Assembly (NCBI GenBank): GCA_964016885.1
Contig: OZ024742.1
Coordinates: forward strand, 140,120,001 to 140,184,000
Direction: 5' to 3'
Source: Eledone cirrhosa
Taxonomy: Eukaryota
DNA length: 64,000 nucleotides
Numbering within the stretch: the first letter of the stretch is position 1; the number at the start of each line of letters is the position of its first letter. Below are positions 56,776-64,000 of this stretch, in pieces. Both the position numbers and the translations under genes were made by a program. The notes under the pieces are model-generated. The model worked only from the letters and a program-made list of their open reading frames with translations. It did not search any database and had not been told where the DNA came from.

Positions 56776-57149
56776 ACATGCACATATATATCTGGGTTTC
56801 CATTTACTGAATTTCACTTAGAAGCATTGGTCAATCCAAGGTAATTATAGAAAACACTTGCAAAAAGTGTCACACTGTGGAATAAAATATGAGATCATAT
56901 GCTTACAAAACAACCTTCTTAACCACACAACAGGACTGTATTATTCACAAAGCTAAGCTGAAGCCTAGAGGCCCATCAATTTCTTTTTGCTGTAATATGG
57001 TGAAAGATTGAAATGTCAGAGAAGGAGTGGAAATACTTGAAAGCCTATGGGCCCAGCCCTGGGTAAATACGGTCCTGCCACACATCCATGTCTGTGGTTA
57101 TGTGTAGAAAAAAATCACTGGTCAAATAAAAAATTCATTCCAAAGATAT

Positions 57150-57565
57150 TCATCATCATCATATCATCACCGTTTTACGTCTGTTCTTCCATGCTAGCAT
57201 GGGTTAGACGGGTTGTCCTGTTGTGAGCAGTGTCTGGTCGGCTGACCATGCCTTGCTCATACAGGAACTGATTTTGGCTTGATTTCTACAGCTAGATGCC
57301 CTTCCTAACACCAACCTCATTTACAGTGAGTGCTGGGTGCTTTTTCTGTGGCGCCTACACGTCCACTTTACAGTGTGGGCTGGGTACTTTTTTGCCGTGG
57401 CACCTCCACGACCACCTTGCAGTGGGAGGGTGTGGGGGCATATTGTCTATATGCTTCAGCTTGTACCCAAGGGAGCTCGGGTACTATGTATTACATCGTG
57501 ACGCCAGAGGTCACGGTTGTGTGTCATTGCCTTTGAGAGGTGTAATTGGGTAATGTCGGCTTTTA
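57150..57565 (-). mobile_element. RTE-tail element, ~400 bp
   Basis: Inverse homolog of 28390-28795. Confidence 0.8.
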
Positions 57566-60500
57566 TCACCTCATATTACTATTATAAAAAAGTTTTCGAA
57601 ATTCATTGCATACAGTGGAATCATCAAAACTAGATTTGATTTGATAATTTCATATTAACATCAAAAGTACTACGTGCAGGCTAATCTCTTGATTTTAAGA
57701 TTGTGGATTCAATTCCTGGACTGGGCATTGCATTGTGTCCTTGATGGCAACTTCTTTTTCTGTCTTTAAGGGTTTTCACTCTATTTTATAGCATTTCTGC
57801 ACATGAGCATGCCACTCTTTATATTAACACTGTATTTAAGAATTTGGAGGGATTTACAAAAGTTATTATTTGATTATTAAGATATTTGTAATATAACTTA
57901 ATGGTTCTTGAGTTAAATTATATTGGAAGATTTTAATTTAAATAGAAACTCTTTCAAATGGGTGATTTTGTTTCATAGAACCAGAGATGAATTTGGTTGG
58001 GTTAGTAGCGAAAGGGTTAGTATCGAAAGCCAATGAAACTTAAGCTCTGGCTAATGAGTCTGTAATTATTTCCATGTAGTGATTCAAGAAAGGGGTAGTC
58101 ACATGGCCTAGAGGTTAGGCTTTTGAACTCCTAATCATAATTTCTGGACCAGGTGGTACATTGTACTTTGAACTAAAAAAATGAGTACCAGTACAATCTT
58201 CATCATCATCATTATTTTACTGGATTGGTAGTATCGGTAGAGTCGGACACCATGCTTTGAAGCATAGAGTTATGTCCCTTTATGATCTGAGTTCAAATCT
58301 CGCCGAGGTTAACTTTGCCTTTCATCCTTACGGGGTCGATAAAATAAAGTACCAGTAATGTACTGGGTAATTGCTGGCCTTGTGCCTAAAATAGAAACAA
58401 TTATTTTACATCCATTTTTCATGTTAGTATGTATGGTCTCATCACTCCCAATGGAGACATAGGGGCACCATAGAGGCATACAGTGTTTCTTGGGATTTTT
58501 AAACCTGGTGGAGCCCATCCTTTTCCAGGTCTGAGTACAACAGATTTTTTCCAGAGAAGAATAGAAAGTGAAAGAGAGAGGAAATGAGAAAGATATAAAG
58601 GAAGAATTGACCCCAGTGCTAGACTGGAACTTTTTTCATTGACCTCGAAAGGTTGAAAGGCAAAGTTGACCTTGGTAGGATTTGAACACAGAGAGCATGT
58701 TGGTATAGATTTTTAAATCCTACAATGGACTAACTGAAAAAATAGTGACATGATAGGACTGGGGTCAGCAAAACCTACATAGTTGTGAGCTATAGGAGAG
58801 GTTGAGCTTGTGGGAGTGAAGACTTCTGCATTCATGTCCCTGCTCCTCGAACCTCATCCCTACTCACTGCTATCAAAATGGGGTTGGCTACTTGCAAGGT
58901 AGTATGGTTTTTCCAGGGCATCTCCCCCACCATCCTCCAGAGCAATGTCTTCTCCATTGTGTCTGTTGGGACCACCCTTAAGTTTCATTTATGGTGGTGG
59001 TATGTGGAATAGATTTACTTACATTTTATATAGCTATCGAACAAGTGTGTAGAATGTAAGTCTGTGACTACCCAATTTCAATTTCACTGCTATAGTCATT
59101 GTCATTTTATCACTTTCTAAGTTTATTAATACTTAAATACTTAACTGGTACTCTATTTTATGTACTATTGAAGGCATGCAGGTTAATAGTTAGTGTTAGT
59201 CTCACAATTGTAAGATTGCAAGTAAATAAATGCCAGATAGCAGTAGTACAGCCTTTTTTTCTTTTCTCTTTATTTCCTTCACCACTAAACACTTGTTTAT
59301 TGAATATAAAGAAGTACTTTTTCAGTATTGTTTATTAATGTATTGCAAATAATATTGATTTGATAAAGATATTTGTGATTGTTTTGCAATGCAATTCATA
59401 TTCCCTACAATCAATTCTCTTGTGTGTTTTAAATCACAGCTAAATGTCTTAGTAAAATCACACACAGAAGACTACGTGCAGATATTATATGCTATAATGT
59501 CATGAGCAATAATGGAAAATAAGTTAATATAATATAATACTGTGAAATTCAATTTGTCAGTTATATATTACAAGAATTGCATCTAGACAGGTTGATAAGT
59601 ATTGGCTTGGCATCCAAACTGATTCAATTTTAGCACCAGTGCTTCCTCTCTTATCTCTTTGGCAAAAGAATTTTAATTCTCAATAGCCCAGTTCATCTAT
59701 TTGGAAAGTGATACCAACAACAGCAACAACAACAACATAACAAGAAGCGTTTTAAGGACATTCCCTTCCCCTCCAGCTAAAAAGGAGCTAGTCTTGTGGA
59801 GGAAGGAAAGGCATGACAGGTTTTTGTTCCAACTTCTACATCTCCCTCACCAACCCTCTTGTCATTTCCTTCTCCATGTCTTTCTTGGTTTTTCTCTTCC
59901 TCTAGACTCTTTCACATTCCCTTCTATCACTCCTCTCACCCAGTCATTTTCATCCTTCCTCAACACATGACCCAACCAACTCATTTCATTTCTTTTCACA
60001 ATATTCATCGTAAGCAATTTATTCATGTCATCCAGTCACTTTGATCCTTTTTCAACTCATTATCCAGCCATCTCATTCCATTTTCACAACATACATCATC
60101 TGTGTATCTAGTTTAGAATAGGTATACTAAGTATGTATGTCAAAGGAGGCAACTAAAAGGCTTAATGCCACAAAGATCATCTGACTGTAAAACATTACCT
60201 GAAAAAAGACCCCATGTATGATTGCTTGTAAAATGATGCCATAAGGAGATACATTTCACAAAAGTAAGCAGTAGAGAGAGGCAGTGGATATTTGACAAAT
60301 GAAGAACTTAAATCTAACTAGCAATGGTCTTGAGAAAGTAGTGGGAAACTACTCCAATGTATCTTCCCTTAAATCACATGTAAACAATGGATTAAAGGAC
60401 ATTACTAAATCTATTATCAACAGTCCATCGCATGGTTAACCTCCAGCTAATGCTGGTACTCATTTTTTTTTCAGCTGAGCAGAGTGGTGCAATGTGAAAT

Positions 60501-60613
60501 GAAATATCTCACTCAAGGACACAACACACTGCCTGGTCCAGGAATCATTCTCATAAGCTAATGATCATGAGCCCAACAGCCTAACTACTAGACTGGGTGC
60601 CTTCACATAGTAT

Positions 60614-60871
60614 TTAACCCTTTTGACAACAAAACTCCTGAAATCACCCTTAGTTGTGTAATATAAAATAAAACAGTTTATTTTAAAGTGTTTATATTTA
60701 TAAAAAAAACTTTCTAGCATAATTTTATGCAAGAACATTTAAATTATGCTCCAAACACCGACTTAATAATGAGAAATTTCGATTAATCTCTCCAATTCTT
60801 GATTATTTTCAAAATGATTTGAAAATTGAAGGCAGTGTATGTTATAAAAAATATGGTAATGAAAAGGTTAA
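60614..60871 (+). mobile_element. TTAA-flanked MITE copy
   Basis: TTAA-CCCTTTTG ... GAAAAGG-TTAA. Confidence 0.75.
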
Positions 60872-62039
60872 TAGTAAATGACTGGTATCAAATAAGTATA
60901 AAATAACCAATCAGAAACTTCCACTAATAATAGGAATTCCTATGTAGGAAGATTTGGGAAGTTAAGCTGCTATTTTAAGCTGATCACCATAGCTAATTAA
61001 CAAATATTCATTCAGAACTAGAAACTAATTCCCTCATTTTGATTATTAACTGCAAATATAAAGTAACCATACCCTTTTAATTATGAAGTAATTCATAATT
61101 AAAAATGATAATAAAAAGTGAAGGCTAAACTGATAACTTGTGACACATCTCTCAGAATAGAATAGAAGACAATTATGGAAGTTTTAGAGCTGTCTAGTGT
61201 AATTAATATTTATTGTCAATTTAGGAAAGCTGTTAGCATAAAGGATAGAGAGATGGACTAACAATAACCAGTTTCATTTGAAGGTACATGGCCTAGTGGT
61301 TAGGGTATTGGGCTCAAGAATATAAGCTCGTAAATTTGATTACTGGACCAGGTGGCATGTTGTGCTCTTGAGCAAGACACTTTATTTCATGTTTTTCCAG
61401 TCCACTCATCTAGAAGAAATAAAGTAAACCCTATGACAGTGGCATCTTGTTCACCTTTGACATCACTGATGTTAAGCTGTTTCAGCCTTTGTCTTTCCCT
61501 TGGACAACGTTGAGGTCTTGGGGAGGGTAAACTGGCATGCATGGGTGACTGCAGGTCTTCCAAAAAACACCTTGCCCAGACTTGAGACTTGGAAAGGAAT
61601 TTTGCAAATCAAAACCATGGTCAATTACGGCTGAAGAGAAATGCATGAACACACACACATGCATTTTTATGAAAGGGGGCCCCAATCCTGTCATGAAATG
61701 CAACAATTTATTCAAAAATGCAATGCATCACCTGGTCCAGGAATCAAACCTACAACCCTATGATTGCGAGTCCTGCACCCTATCCACTACTCCATATGTA
61801 TATATGTGTGCCTTTTGAATAGTTTTCATTTGTATAATAACTTTCCTGGCTGAAAATAAAATGCTTCTGATATTATTATTTACAGCTTATCTTTCCACTA
61901 AATATTATTTCTTATCTTTGTAGAACCAATGTGGTTATCTTTATACAGTTAGTCAATAGACATAAAATAGGTTTTTGTGGTTTACTTCTTTCATTACCAA
62001 ATATATATAATTTTTTCTAATATTGGGATATGTAGATTT

Positions 62040-62405
62040 TTTTTGTATGGAAATGAGAATGGTCCAATGGATGAGTGGAGTATTGTTGAGAGGAAGACAC
62101 AGTGAAATGCTGAGGATGATAGGAATAGAACCAATGATGAATGTTGTGAAAAGAAATGGAATAAAGTGGTTGCATCATGTGTTGAAGAAGGATGAAAGTA
62201 ACTTAATGCAAGGAGGGATTAAAATGAATATGGAAGGAAGTAGTGGAAGATGAAGAAAGACATGACTGGAGGTGAAGGAAGAGGAAATTAAAGCAAGGGA
62301 TTTGATGAGGAGTAATGTCGACTATAGGGCAAAATGGGAAAGCTTGTCACATGGCTCACAGGGCTAACTCCTTCTTTAGCAATAAAAAGGGCCTTAAAAT
62401 GATTG
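62040..62405 (+). mobile_element. RTE-like LINE 3' fragment, decayed
   Basis: ORF 62023..62253 reads EMRMVQWMSGV..KWLHHVLKKDE. Confidence 0.7.
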
Positions 62406-64000
62406 CTGTTGTAACTCTTCTGTAAAATGGTGCAATCATGACAGTGAGGTTAAGAACTTTGTTTTTCAATCACATGATTTCAAGTCCAGTATCTAGCACC
62501 TTGAGTGTCTACTACTATAGGGTTGGGTTGACCAAGCCTCGAGTAAAATTTGCTGTGTGTTTGTGTCTATATCTACACAGCCTAATGACTAGTACTGTTT
62601 TGGTTATATCAAGTAATTTAGCAGTTTGACAAATAGAGATTGATGAAATAAATCCCAGACTTAAAGATAAGTACTCGGGTTTATATAATTGACTAAAATC
62701 TTTGAAGGCTCCAGCATAGTCGCAGTCAAAAGAATAAAAAACACATTTAAAATTTTCTGTCTTTGTTTACATATCCCAAAGTAATAAATAATGCATTTCA
62801 TATTTTATGTCAGAATGAAAACTCCCAAAATGAAACAAGAATAGTACCGTCATTAAACTGAATTCTTTCTCAACTATGAAAAGAAAACTGGAGCCCATCT
62901 TGTGTTTTTCTATTTAACATATTGGAAATTTGTTTATGTTAATATTGTTGCAAATTTAGATAACATACAAAACAGTTTTGAACAGCTGGTAGCCTTGGTG
63001 AAGCTTTAAAGAAAACAGTCGCTATTAATAATAAATAATATATTGGCTCTATACACAGTATTTGAGTCCTTTATTCAGGGCTTGTTTAGTGTGTTTATTA
63101 CATAAATCCATAAAACAAACATTTATACAACATACAAAACAGCACAATATGAACACATAATATTCATATTATGAGAGAATATTATTAAAAAAAGTGTCAA
63201 TCAGCATTTTTTATCTATTCACAATGAAAATGTTATTATAATCAAATAGAATTAAAAAGTAGTTAAAATTAAGAAAAGCAGCTATTGCCAACAAATACAT
63301 TACCCTAAAGAGAAGAGAAGAACTTAAAAACAAGAAATAACTGTTTTATTAATATTTTTTAATACTTCAGGCAATATTTATTTGGAAACTATTATATTAT
63401 GTTTTCATATTTCAATTATACCAATGAATGTATTGAATAAACAATAATAATAAATACAGTAATTTTAGGCAATGTTTTCACTTTTTTGTTGTTTATCAAC
63501 AAAGAATATTTCAAAAATTAATCATGTAGTTGTTAAAGTTGTTTTAATTAAAAGAATGTCAAGAAATATAGTGAAGATACAGAATATCTTTCAGATATTG
63601 ATTTCTTCAAACATATTACAAAATTATCATCATCACCACCACCATTTTACATATTTTTTCCTCCTGCTGGTATGAGTTGGATGGGTCATTCATTACTAAC
63701 AAACTCATTACTTTATCAGAGCCATTGTCCTCATAGATAGGTTGGCAAATCACATCTTGCCTGAATATGTACCTTTTTTGGCATTGTTTTATGGCTGGAT
63801 ATCCTTCCTAACACTAACCACCTTACAGAGTGCATTTTATCATGTCACCAGCACTAGAGACAGAAATTACTATGTCTTTGATGTGATGTGACTGAAAATT
63901 ACGGAAGAAATTAGATATGATTCTGACTCTGAATTTTGTCTTTTAGAAGAACTTTTTTGTCTACGAAAAGTTATTTGGAAAGAATATCAATGAAATATTT

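Overview
AT-rich, repeat-dominated eukaryotic DNA. The repeat content suggests a coleoid cephalopod such as Octopus (inference). No complete host gene is visible, only one candidate first coding exon (20932-21009). The flanks (1-18 kb, 49-64 kb) hold decayed RTE LINEs, a Gypsy pol remnant, a CRE-like LINE remnant, tRNA-head SINEs and two MITE families. The core (about 23-49 kb) is a large degenerate (TA)n field containing a nest of Penelope-like elements (PLEs) and short non-coding PLE-type units. Reading by eye gives about 12 type I hammerhead ribozyme (HHR) motifs from about 7 unrelated sequence families; 8 have an intact catalytic core. Many inserts are inverted or fold-back duplications. 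Their 3' ends are anchored in TA runs at recurrent positions, and two inversion junctions carry 18-nt tandem duplications. Most long ORFs in the supplied track are (TA)n artefacts. All calls come from manual reading, with no searches run.
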